Source of the DNA: Histomonas meleagridis 2922-C6/04-290x
Taxonomy: Eukaryota; Protista; Parabasalia
Assembly: GCA_020184695.1 (NCBI GenBank)
Contig: JAANOX010000002.1
Location: forward strand, 186,001 to 250,000
Direction of reading: 5' to 3'
DNA: 64,000 nucleotides
The notes below the pieces were generated by a model. That model searched no databases and was not told the origin of the DNA. It saw only the letters and a program-made list of their open reading frames with translations. Shown here piece by piece: positions 21,335 through 32,410 of the stretch; the stretch's first letter is position 1; each line of letters starts with the position of its first letter. The position numbers were made by a program, and so were the translations under genes.

Positions 21335-24300
21335 ATGGAAAATTCTCCAAAAAAGAATGTTAATCAAAAAAGCAAAGAACATTTAAATATATTAATACAG
21401 TTTGAACAAATTATTTTAAGTTTGGTAAACGAAAATATTGAAAAATCTGCTCAATCAATGATCAATTTATTTAATAATAAGTATCAATATTCATATAAAA
21501 ATATTATTTGTAGACTTATTTATTCTTCTTTTGTTTCAAGGTTAAAAGATTTTAATATTTATTTTGATTTCATGAAGTTAATTGAACAAAAATGTAAAAG
21601 TTCAGATGAAAATAAAATTATAAATTTATTTATAAAATATATTCTTAAGAAAAATTCACAAGAATCATATTATCTTTTAGCGCAAATAGCTGAATCTAAT
21701 TTAATTGATCCTGAAATCATTAAAAATAAATCTTTACATTTTGCTCATTACAATAAAAAATTTTTCATCTTGGAATTTTTTGAATTTTATAATGATTTTA
21801 TGGATAACCTTGAAAAGCTTAAAAAGGATAATTGGAAATTTCACAAACAATTATTAAAAGAAGGAGTGAATCCAAATGAAATAGCAAAAATAATTCGAAA
21901 TGATGAAATCGAAAAATTTCAAGAAATATCATCACAACCAAAATTTGAGTTTAATCAAACAATAAAACCATCGCTTTATGAAAGGAGTTCTTTTATTAAC
22001 AATGATATTGTTACATTAATTGATTATGCAGCATTTTTTGGGTCAATCAAATGTTTTAAATATTTATTATTAAATGATGTAGATGTAGAAAATGCAGGTA
22101 AATATGCAATTGCAGGCGGAAATCTTGAGATAATTCATTTATGTGAACAAAATCATTCATCATTTGAAGATGCATATGAAACTGCAATTAAATATCATCG
22201 AAATGATATCTTTAAATATCTTTATGAAGACTTATGTTTGAAATGCGATGATTTAATTGATTTGGCAGAAAAATGTATTTTATATGATTCATATAAAATT
22301 TTATCATATTTAGAAGAAAAAGAACTAAAAATTAATAGTTCAATAATTTATTCTTTAGTAGGAAATGGAAATTTAATGCTCACTAAACATTATATTAAAA
22401 CAAATCAATTTCCTGAAAATATCGTAATCTCAGCAGTAAAATCTAGAAATATTGATCTTGTTAAATATTTTATTGATAAAAAAGGTTTTGATATTAATGC
22501 ACGTGATTTTCTTTTCTTATGTTTTTTGTTTAATTCGAGAATTTTATGAAATTTTTTTTAATTATTTCAAACACCACTTATTACTGCTACTAAAGATGGT
22601 AATGTTCAACTTGTTAAATTTCTTCTTGATAAAAAAGAAATAAAAATTAATATGAAAGAAATTTATTTATCTTGTTTAAAATATGTTATTAATATTTCAT
22701 GTTTCAAAATGTGATTTGGATTTTAATAAAACTATTTAATTCTGCTCTTATATATGCAGTTGAAAATGGAAATATTGAAATTGTTAATTTGTTTCTTCAA
22801 CAAAAAGAAATTGATGTGAATTTGAAAGGTATTAATTTATATTATTTAGAGACTATTTTTAATGTTTGGTATTTCTTATTGAATTTTGAAATTTCTTTCA
22901 TATAAATTGTAATGCTCTTATTATTGCATCAGAAAATAATCATGTTGAAATTGTTAAGATACTTCTTGGAAAAGAAGGAATTAAAGTTAACTCTAAATCT
23001 GTATCTAGAATTAATTTTATTTTTATTTTGATATTTTTCTGTTAAATAAAAATATTTGGATTTTACAAGAAACATTTGAAACAGCACTTATGAATGCATC
23101 TAAAAATGGTCAAAAAGAGATAGTTAAATTACTTCTTGAACAAAAAGGAATTGATATTAATGCTAAAAATAAAGTTTATGTTAATAATTTGATGTTTGCA
23201 AATTATATTTGGAAATTATTTAAATTATTTAATACAGCACTTATGATGTCATTTAATGAAGGTAATAATGAAATAGTAAAATTACTTCTTGAACAAAAAG
23301 GAATTGATATTAATGCTAAAAATAAAGTTTATTTTAATAATTTGATGTTTGAAATTTATATTTGGAAATTATTCTGTATATTTAATACAATACTTATGGA
23401 AGCATCTTCAAATGGTTATACAGAAATAGGAAAATTGCTTCTTGAACAAGAAGAAATTGATATTAATGCTCAAGATATTTATTTTTTTTGTTTGATATTT
23501 TTCTTAAATTTTTAATGTTTCATGATAATATTTGGAAATTATTTAAATTATTGCAAACAGCACTTATGAAAGCATCTTCGAATGGTCATGTGGATATAGT
23601 TAAATTACTTCTTGAACAAAAAGGAATTGATATTAATGCTAAAAATAAAGTTTATTTTAATAATTTGATGTTTGCAAATTATATTTGGAAATTATTTAAA
23701 TTATTTAATACAGCACTTATGATGTCATTTAATGAAGGTAATATTGAAATAGTAAAATTACTTCTTGAACAAAAAGGAATTGATATTAATGCTAAAAATA
23801 AAGTTTATTTTAATAATTTGATGTTTGAAATTTATATTTGGAAATTATTCTGTATATTTAATACAGTACTTATTTATGCATCTCAAAAAGGTCATATAGA
23901 AATAGTTAAATTGCTTCTTGAACAAGAAGAAATTGACATTAATGCTAAAGATAAAATAAATTTAAATAATTTTATATTTCAAAATAATATTTGGAAATAA
24001 TTTAAAATATTTTGGACAGCACTTACTTGGGCATCTAAAAATGGTCATACAGAAATAGTAAAATTACTTCTTGAACAAGAAGGAATTGATATTAATGCTA
24101 AAGATATTTATTTGTTTTATTTAAAATTTATTTTCATAATTTATTATTTCAAAATAATATTTGGAAATTATTTAAATTATTTGAAACAGCACTTATGTGG
24201 GCATCTTCGAATGGTCATGTGGATATAGTTAAATTACTTCTTATACAAGAAGGAATTGATATTAATACAAGTAATGTTTATATATTTTATTTAATGTTTC

Positions 24301-24949
24301 TTAAAATAATTTGATATTTTTCAATAATTTTTGGGAAAAACATAAAATATTTTATACAGCGCTTATGTTTGCAGCCAACTATAGTCACACAGAGGTAATT
24401 AAATTACTTCTTGAACAAAAAGATATTGATATTAATGCCAGAGATATTTGATTGTTTTATTTAAATTTTATTTTCATAATTTAATGTTTTAAATCAATAT
24501 TTGGAGATTATTAAAAATATTTAGCACAGCACTAATTTGGGCATCTAAAAATCGTAATATAGAAATAATCAAGTTACTTCTAGAAAAAGAGGGAATCAAT
24601 ATTAATATACAAGGTTTTTGTTTTCTTTATTTATTGTTTATTTTATAAATTTAATGTTTTTCTATAATTTTTGGAAAAAATTTAATATATTTAATACAGC
24701 ACTTATTTATGCTGTTAAAAATGGCAATACAAAAATAGTTAAATTACTTCTTGAACAAAAAGGAATTAATTTAAATGCTAAAGATATTTATTTGTTATAT
24801 TCAAGGTTTATCATAAAACTTTATTAATGTTTGGTATTTATGTTTAGAATTCATGAAAATTATTTGAAACAGCATTAGGTCATGCATGTCAAGCCGGTTT
24901 CGAGAAAATATCGAAATTAATTCGTGATAAAATTGATACATATGGATAA
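21335..24949 (+). CDS. DUF3447-like/ankyrin gene B, spacer-interrupted (15 cores, 15 spacers, C-cap repeat)
   Basis: N-terminal ORF to 22549; cores at 22418, 22571, 22741, 22911, 23081, 23234, 23387, 23557, 23710, 23863, 24016, 24186, 24356, 24526, 24696; terminal TALGHACQAGFEKISKLIRDKIDTYG* from 24869. Confidence 0.75.
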
Positions 24950-25330
24950 AAAGTAAACATTAAAATTTAAATTTTTTTTTAAGCAATATATAAATTTATT
25001 ACATATATATATACCTAATTAATTATGAAAACAATCAGTTTTTAAAGTAATTATTCAAATCTAATCATAAAGAAATTCATAAAATTTTTAGTTTCTTAAT
25101 CAAATTTTACAGAACAAACTATTTCTTAAAATTTTTTTATTTTCAAAGTTTTATTCTCTGTAACTATTTTAATAAATTGTACTTATCAAAAAAAGGAAAT
25201 ATTTTTATTTTCTTCATATCAAAAATCTGAATATCAAACAACTGATTTTTTATTCACCCATTCAAATTTTGATTCAGGCATTGAAAAAATTGAATTCTTT
25301 ACGATGATCCAGAATTCAGCAATTTTTTAG

Positions 25331-26521
25331 ATGAATTTATGGCATCCCATTGAAGAATCCGATCCACTCTTTGGGATCTTATATGGATTAGTTCGGCCGA
25401 TGTCATTTGACGAATTTCAAACACATTATCATTATATAAAAATTATTCATCAATCAAAAAACTCAACAGTGCGTTTAGCTAAACATGTTGAAACAGGTCA
25501 AAACGTTATAATGAAAACGATTTATAAATCAAAATTAACTAATCCTAAACAAGTTAGTGCATTAGTTCGCGAAATTCAAATACTCAAATTCTTTGATGAA
25601 AACAGACACATAACAGAACTTTATGACGTTCTCGATGTTATTGACGGAATATATCTTATTCTAGAATACGCTGAAGGCGGTGACTTATTTTCATATATCT
25701 CATCAAAAAAAACTCTTCATGAGTTCGAAGTTAAGCGATTTTTCCACTCAATAGTTAAATCAGTCTCAATTATGCACAACAATGGTTATGTTCACAGGGA
25801 TTTAAAACTCGAAAATATTCTTTTGGATATTAATGGGAGAGTGATGTTGGCTGATTTCGGATGTTCACGTGAGTTTAAAGAAGGTGAATATACGTCATCG
25901 CTTTGCGGTACTGTACAATATGAAGCACCAGAAGTTCTTCTATGTAATAGTTATGATGCAACAAAAGTTGATTCATGGTCACTTGGTATTATTTTGTACG
26001 TGTTGTTCTTTCGTTGTTTCCCGTTTGACGCAACCTCAGTTTGTGAAGCATTGGATCAATTTTCAAGAGAAATTTGTATACCTGATAATTGTAATATCTC
26101 AAAGTCGGCTCGTAATGTGCTTATTGGACTCCTATGTAATGACCCAAATAGACGTATGAAAGTGGTGGACGTATTGCAACACGATTGGCTAAAAAAAATT
26201 AGTTCGTCACATTGTGATGAATTAAAAAAGAACAGAATTAAGCAAGCAGCATTGAGGTCATTACAAGAGAGAAATACAAAAAATATGGATGCAAATAAAT
26301 TGGTTGCATATAGAATAATGAAGAGAATGTATCAACTAGGAAAAATGGCAATAACTGTAATGGCGCCTCAAAGAAGAGAGAGTGAGCTAGGAAGAATAAA
26401 TACTCCAAAGGCAAGAGCAAGAGAACACAGATCAATGTTGATATTTAGACCAATGTCAACAAACATCGCGCAAAGAAAAATACTTGATTCGCTTGTACCT
26501 CCTGCAAAGATTGTATTGTAA
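25331..26521 (+). CDS. CAMK-group Ser/Thr protein kinase
   Basis: HRDLKLEN, ADFG, GTVQYEAPE, DSWSLG; Gly-rich loop degenerate. Confidence 0.9.
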   Translation: MNLWHPIEESDPLFGILYGLVRPMSFDEFQTHYHYIKIIHQSKNSTVRLAKHVETGQNVIMKTIYKSKLTNPKQVSALVREIQILKFFDENRHITELYDVLDVIDGIYLILEYAEGGDLFSYISSKKTLHEFEVKRFFHSIVKSVSIMHNNGYVHRDLKLENILLDINGRVMLADFGCSREFKEGEYTSSLCGTVQYEAPEVLLCNSYDATKVDSWSLGIILYVLFFRCFPFDATSVCEALDQFSREICIPDNCNISKSARNVLIGLLCNDPNRRMKVVDVLQHDWLKKISSSHCDELKKNRIKQAALRSLQERNTKNMDANKLVAYRIMKRMYQLGKMAITVMAPQRRESELGRINTPKARAREHRSMLIFRPMSTNIAQRKILDSLVPPAKIVL

Positions 26522-26755
26522 ATGTTTGTTTTTTGATGAAAATTTTCGATTGCTGTTGAAATCCTGAATTTTGTCACTTTTCACAGTTGGTTCTGACACT
26601 TTTACATTTGGTCAGAAATGAATTGAATGGTTATAAAATAACTTTTTATAAGACAAGGCCGAAAAAATTGAATAGTTCAAAAACCGAAAAGTTTCGACGG
26701 TTGAATAAAATCAATAGAAAAAAAATTTGACAAAGTTTGTTACGGTTATTCAGGG

Positions 26756-27127
26756 ATGGATACATCCGTTTTAGATCCTGAAGATTACCCAAGGCTGCCC
26801 CCAGTTTACAGAGTATACAGAAAATCACCAATTGGAGAGGCATTGATTGAAATTTTAGAAGAATTAAAGAGTGATAGGATGGTAAATGAAAAAAATGTTG
26901 AATTATTTTTAACACAATTTGATCGAGCAATGACCCAGCACATCAACGACCTCCCACCAGAAAACTTCACAATTTCTGTAGGGACCACAGTTAATTTCAA
27001 GTTTATATATAATTATTATCACATAAATATGGAGCCAGCAGTTATAGAATTTAATGACAGAACCTTCACATGTAAAAGCTTAGAGATCTTTGCGACTAAA
27101 GGAAAGCAAAGAGAATCTTCAAAATGA
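26756..27127 (+). CDS. TFIIA small (gamma) subunit
   Basis: YRVYRKSPIGEALIEILEEL...FLTQFDRAM resembles TFIIA-gamma YxLYRxxTLGxxLxExLDEL...LxQFDKA; size 123 aa fits. Confidence 0.7.
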   Translation: MDTSVLDPEDYPRLPPVYRVYRKSPIGEALIEILEELKSDRMVNEKNVELFLTQFDRAMTQHINDLPPENFTISVGTTVNFKFIYNYYHINMEPAVIEFNDRTFTCKSLEIFATKGKQRESSK

Positions 27128-27375
27128 ATAAAAGTAAATGTCAACATCTTAATAATGAACTTTTCTCTTCGTTCTATGAAGTCTCTTTTTTATCTACTAT
27201 TTTGCTTTAATTCATCTGTGTGATCGACAAATACTTGTACCAGAATTTTCACGTTCAGAATTGAATTTTTTCATCGGTCTTGATACGTCGAATCCGTTCA
27301 AAATAAAATAACCGCAACTGTTTGTGAGAATCCTGCACATAAATTCAATACGAAGCAACAAACATTTGAAAAGCG

Positions 27376-28470
27376 ATGAACAAAATCTGCGGAAGGTACA
27401 TAGTTGAGCGAGTAATTGGCGCAGGTTCTTTTTCTGTGGTCAAACAGGTTATGGATATACAAACTGGTGATCATTTTGCTTGCAAAATTTTCGAAATCTC
27501 AAATTTTGGTAACTCTATGGTAATGTCTCAGTTCGAAAATGAGGTTCGTATACTTCAACAAATCCAGCACGATGGCGTTGTAAAGCTTTATGGACTCTAC
27601 AAAGATTCATCATTTTATTATCTCATTATGGAGTTATGTCCAAATGGTGAGCTCTTTGACTATATTGTACAAAACCAAAGGCTTTCAGAGCTAGAAACAA
27701 AGTACTATCTTCGACAAATGCTTGAAGCTTTACAATACATCCATTCAATTGGCATAGTTCATCGCGATATCAAGCCTGAAAATCTTTTAATCGATGCTTA
27801 CGGTAAAATTAAGATCAGTGACTTCGGGCTTTCACGTTTTGTTGACTCAAAAGGATTAGCTGATACTCCATGTGGTTCCATTTGTTATGCTTCTCCAGAA
27901 TGTATCCGTGGAAAAGTTTACGATGGACGTAAGAGTGACATTTGGAGCGTTGGAGTTGTTACATACGCTATGTTAACAGGAGTTCTTCCATGGACAAAAT
28001 CCAACCAAACACAGCTTATCGAACAAATAATGAACGCCGACTTCGTTGTTCCACAGTTTGTCAGCGAAGATGCCCGAAATTTAATCATACGTCTTCTTGA
28101 TCCTGATCCAGATAAGCGTATTACTATTTCACAAGCTCTTCAACACAACTTTATCACATCAGCTCCAAACCATAAGTCATATAAAACATATTCCAAGTCA
28201 CTTCCAATCAGTTTGAAGTACATTGATCGATTCTTTGGAAGGGATAAATCAGAGATAATAATCGAAGAAAAAGAGCTCAGTAGGTCATATTCATCCGTAA
28301 AGAGAGGTTTTGAGACTACGGTGAAGGATATTGAACCTAAAAAGGAAAGAAATACAGCTAGAGAAACCGGAAAGAGACTTGTTTTCCGTGTGCAACCTTT
28401 ACCGTTTCAGGGCGTAGATCGCGGTGAAAACATCCAAAAACGAATAACTTTACCGAGGGTCAATAGATGA
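27376..28470 (+). CDS. CAMK-group (SNF1/CIPK-like) protein kinase
   Basis: GAGSFS, HRDIKPEN, SDFG, GSICYASPE, DIWSVG. Confidence 0.93.
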   Translation: MNKICGRYIVERVIGAGSFSVVKQVMDIQTGDHFACKIFEISNFGNSMVMSQFENEVRILQQIQHDGVVKLYGLYKDSSFYYLIMELCPNGELFDYIVQNQRLSELETKYYLRQMLEALQYIHSIGIVHRDIKPENLLIDAYGKIKISDFGLSRFVDSKGLADTPCGSICYASPECIRGKVYDGRKSDIWSVGVVTYAMLTGVLPWTKSNQTQLIEQIMNADFVVPQFVSEDARNLIIRLLDPDPDKRITISQALQHNFITSAPNHKSYKTYSKSLPISLKYIDRFFGRDKSEIIIEEKELSRSYSSVKRGFETTVKDIEPKKERNTARETGKRLVFRVQPLPFQGVDRGENIQKRITLPRVNR

Positions 28471-29920
28471 AAGTTATTGTTTTTGGTTGCGTAAATATTT
28501 TGTAGTAAAGGAAAGAATGAAAAAAGTCTTGAATGTAAAGAGTTACAGAGTGTTTATTCCTGTTAAAAACAGATTTTTATCGTTAGCGATCCCATCCTGT
28601 CAAATTTTATGCTTGGGTTTACGTTGGGATTGAAAAGTGCAATGTCAAATAGAATTCACTGAAAAAATAAAAAATAAACCAAGCAAAAGAAAAAAATGAA
28701 TGTGATGATAACTTGTTTGACAAATTGGAAGATAAAGATCATTCTGAATACAATAGATCAACGAATTGAGACACGGTTTTACCTTATTTGGAATTGGAAT
28801 TTTTTGATTAAAATATATAACTATGAGCCAGACAGAATGCAAAATGGATAAGATATTTTGCAAAATATTGCAATGGAAGCAAATTGATTCAAAACTGCCC
28901 AAATGATAAAGTTTTGAATATATTCAAAAGTGTTGTGATAATTTGGTTTTTTCAATGTGCACTCAATCTTGATCTAACCGTTGGGATTACCCGAAGAATT
29001 TTGATTCAAATAAATTTTACAACATGTCACTCTTTTGGCAAAAATTGAAAACGATGTCAAAACCCTAAAGGAATTATCGTCAATTTTAGAAACAACTAAA
29101 AAATCGCCATGTGTCATAAAACTGAGAATATTGGTGCTATTGCGAAAAAATATCAAAGATTGAAAATATTACAATGATGCATTGATTATAATTATTTTTA
29201 CATTACAATCATCTTAATAAGAATAAATCACATTTAAGTGTTTTTCTTTTGACACAAAAGTATCATGCATCCTATCGTGTAAAAACCGTAAAATGGTGTT
29301 TGGGGTCTTCATTTTAACGGTGCTTAGGACGGGGTACCCTGGAAAGCATTTTTTCAATTGAATTTAATCATACTAAAATTGTAACAATTTTTACAATTAG
29401 TGGTGTATACCATTACTCACAATTATATTTTTTTAGCAAATTCTATTTTCATGTTCCCTCTAATTTATATAGATATATAAACAACTTTCATTATCAATCA
29501 AAAATAAAGAAACAAAAAATAATGATGTATCAATAAACTTTCTACTTAGGAAAAAAAATAAATATATTTAAATTTAAAAATATTTTAAATACTGATATTT
29601 TGTATATACGTATATGTTAAATAATATTTAAATAATATTAAAATTTTACCTTTTTCCAGTTTCATGACGGCCGTTTAGTGTTTTTTGAGGTTGTTTTGGA
29701 GATGATTCATTCTCAGATGAAAATTGAGTTTCTTTCATAACTATGAAGTCACTCAAAAACAAGTTTTAAAGTTTTGGGAGAGTTGTACTCCAACTTTATA
29801 TTCATCTTTTCGAGTTTCCGTTACTGGTTCAGAAAGTTTTGGCACTTTTGCACAAACACAAGTACAGTGCAAACAAATTCGGAAGATATCCCTCTTTTCA
29901 TTCAACCAACGCCTCCAAAT

Positions 29921-30868
29921 ATGAACATTAATTACATGAGGCAGAATATTTCTGTTTTAGATATATCAAGCCTTAAAGCACCACTTTATTTATATCAACC
30001 AGATGTCCAACCAACTCCTGAAGGAGGCATTGTCAAAGAACCCGAACCAAACCTACGAAAGACCAAAGACAAATTCTTAATTGTCAACAAAGACTTTGCA
30101 AAAAGTCCAGATGAACAAAGTTGGTATTTATATACTAGTGACAATAGAGTATTCAAAGGCACTCCTGACACTTTCAAAGGAGCCATTATTACACGAGATG
30201 AGCAAGGTTTTCATCTTTCCTTTATTGATAATTCCATCAAGTTTTCACCAGAACTTAATCTTGATGCCAAGAAAGGACTCGACATTGACACCATTCAGAA
30301 CAACCAACGTCGTGATCGTGAACATCGAGAAAGAATGATGCAAAGTGAATACAAATTTCTTCTTGACCCGATCAAGAAAGATCAAGAAGAACGTGAGCGC
30401 AATAAAAAAGCGCTTGCTAAAGGTTCTGATTCTGATGCCGATGTTTCAGATGAATTCGATGATGACGATGAAGGACTTGGCGATCTTTTCGATGATATTC
30501 CTGAAGTTTCTGATAACGAAAATCTTCTCGACTCAGATCTTTCCTCGGACAATGGCGAAGAGGAAGAAAAGAAAGAGAACAAACGAAAAGCGGAGGCTGA
30601 AGAGCGTCGACGTTTACAGGCAGGTCCACAAGAATCAAACGAAGACATCGTCGACAGTATCTATGGCCCACCAGTAATCAAAGAGGACGAAGTGGTGAGG
30701 TTCATAATCGAAATTGGGCCTGTAACAAAAGATCAATTGCTGCATAAGTTTAAGTCAAAATTAAAGACGGATAAACAAAAAATTGCGTTTAAGGAAATTG
30801 TGACAAAAAGATTAAGAATTATTAAAATACATGGAAAGACTCACTTCAACCTAAAGAAAAATAACTAA
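29921..30868 (+). CDS. TFIIF large subunit (RAP74/Tfg1-like); start uncertain
   Basis: DEQSWYLYTSDNRVFKG (cf. RAP74 EDQPW...KFKG), acidic linker, C-terminal winged helix EDEVVRFI..GPVTKDQLLHKFK...KTHFNLK; frame is open upstream to TTG 29774. Confidence 0.7.
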   Translation: MNINYMRQNISVLDISSLKAPLYLYQPDVQPTPEGGIVKEPEPNLRKTKDKFLIVNKDFAKSPDEQSWYLYTSDNRVFKGTPDTFKGAIITRDEQGFHLSFIDNSIKFSPELNLDAKKGLDIDTIQNNQRRDREHRERMMQSEYKFLLDPIKKDQEERERNKKALAKGSDSDADVSDEFDDDDEGLGDLFDDIPEVSDNENLLDSDLSSDNGEEEEKKENKRKAEAEERRRLQAGPQESNEDIVDSIYGPPVIKEDEVVRFIIEIGPVTKDQLLHKFKSKLKTDKQKIAFKEIVTKRLRIIKIHGKTHFNLKKNN

Positions 30869-31319
30869 AATTTAAAAATAATATTTTTTTTATTATCGCA
30901 TTTTTTCAAAAATTATTTCAACATGATTTCTTGTAAATTTAAAATCACTTAAATATTTAATTAAATTATTCTGGTATAAACAAATTCATTAAATATTAAT
31001 CTCAAAATGGTGATATTGATATGATAAAAATATGAATATAAAACATACATAATGTTGTAATTATAAAAATATCACTCTCAAGTCTAAAGATGATGAATCA
31101 CAAGAAATTTGGAAAAATTAATGTTCACTTTTTTTTTTTTCATTATTATAAGCTATAGCTTAAAATTTACATATCAATCGTAATTACGTTGAATTCAAAT
31201 ATCTTATACAAAAAAAGTTATCGTTCAAATAAAAAGTCACATAAACTATACAAAAAATTACATGTAATTCATGAATTTGTGCTCAACAGTGTGTGCATGT
31301 CTAAGTTATAAACTTCCAG

Positions 31320-32140
31320 GCGTCAGCTAAAAAAGTATTGGAATTATTCGATTCAAATTGTTCACATTTAATATTATTACAAGTTACTTAGTTTATAATG
31401 CATTTTCATCACGAAAGCAAGAATTTGATATATACTTTGATATTTTAAAAACAACTCCAAACGAAAGAAGAAGAAATTAATCAAAATATTGTTAAACTAA
31501 TATCAATTTTTATCAAATGTATATCTACAATGAACGCACAAAATTCATATTATTTAATTGAGAAAACGATTGAACAAAATTTAATTGATAAAAATATCAC
31601 TAAAAATATTCATTCAAAATATTTCTCTCATTATAAAACAGAAGAAGAAAACAAATACCAAACTCATATGGAACTTGGGTTTAATGGAAATGAGGATATG
31701 CTCAAAAAGAATGATTGGGAGCTTCATAAGAAGGACATAATCCAAATGAAAATACAAAAATAATTAAAAATGATGAAATCGAAAAACTTCAAGAAATATC
31801 ATCACAAAATGATTTTTATTTTAATCAAACAATAAAACCATCACTTTACGAAAGATATTCATTTATTAACCAAAGGAATGTTACATTAATTGATTATGCA
31901 GCATTTTTTTCTTCAGTTAAATGTTCTAAATATTTACTTATGAATGGTGCAAATGGATTTAATGCAAGTAAATATGCAGTTGCAGGTGGAAATGAAGAAA
32001 TTATTCGATATTGATCGTGTTTTTTCTGATTTATTCTCATAAAGATATTTAAAGATATCATTTTGATGAAATTTAATTGCTGTTTTATATGCATCTTTAA
32101 ATGATGAATAATTTTGTTCACACAAATGAATGATTTGATA
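31320..32140 (+). pseudogene. Decayed DUF3447/ankyrin family copy with inverted 3' piece
   Basis: Plus strand: frameshifted ...NDEIEKLQEISSQ...DYAAFFSSVKC...AGGNEEII; the continuation IIHLCEQNYSSFKDAYKTAIKFHQNDIFKYLYENK lies on the minus strand at about 32135-32022. Confidence 0.8.
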
Positions 32141-32410
32141 CTGTTTCACATGGATCATTTAAATCGTGTACATCTTCGTCATATCTACTGTCTAATTCGA
32201 TGTCATTATCATCGAAACTTTGCGTTTCATCTGTTTTAATATTTCGACGTCTTAAGTTCTTATTCACTTATTTGCGCGCATTACGTAAAAGTTTCTCTTC
32301 GTTAGGTGGGAAACATTCAGTAACTTTCTCTATACCAAACATTGATATGCATTTCTCTATTAATTTATGTCCTTTGCCTTTAATTTCCCAATTTGTCTTT
32401 TTACTAGAGT
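32140..32410 (-). pseudogene. RRP12-like C-terminal fragment
   Basis: KGHKLIEKCISMFGIEKVTECFPPNEEKLLRNARK*VNKNLRRR resembles the RRP12 pattern KVKxLLERLIRKFG...FPEEDxKLLxNIRK; internal TAA at 32268-32270. Confidence 0.5.

Noticed and set aside
22547-22549. TGA as Trp (alternative genetic code) explaining spacer stops
   Set aside because: TGA does replace TGG at spacer position -24 in several copies, but TAG also occurs there, other spacer stops are TAA, frameshifts would remain, and ordinary genes here end in TGA, TAA and TAG.
24106-24185. Simple -1 ribosomal frameshift as the sole explanation
   Set aside because: It works for this spacer, but others (24276-24355, 24446-24525) have stops in both frames.
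24106-24189. GT-AG or AT-AC splicing using the ACAG/AC of the next core
   Set aside because: The tested pairs leave non-3n remainders or delete the conserved Thr, and several cores lack that AG or AC.
22418-24949. CRISPR-like repeat-spacer appearance of the ankyrin arrays
   Set aside because: The conserved units are 90-nt protein-coding cores, the spacers are homologous to each other, the context is eukaryotic and there are no cas genes.
28600-29160. Short ORFs between the kinase and TFIIF-alpha; similar ones at 37600-38100 and 58100-58450
   Set aside because: Possibly decayed coding DNA, but no family could be recognised.
29281-29345. GGGGTACCC motif here and at about 61481 as transposon ends
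   Set aside because: Only a short palindrome is shared; no extended TIR, TSD or transposase was found.
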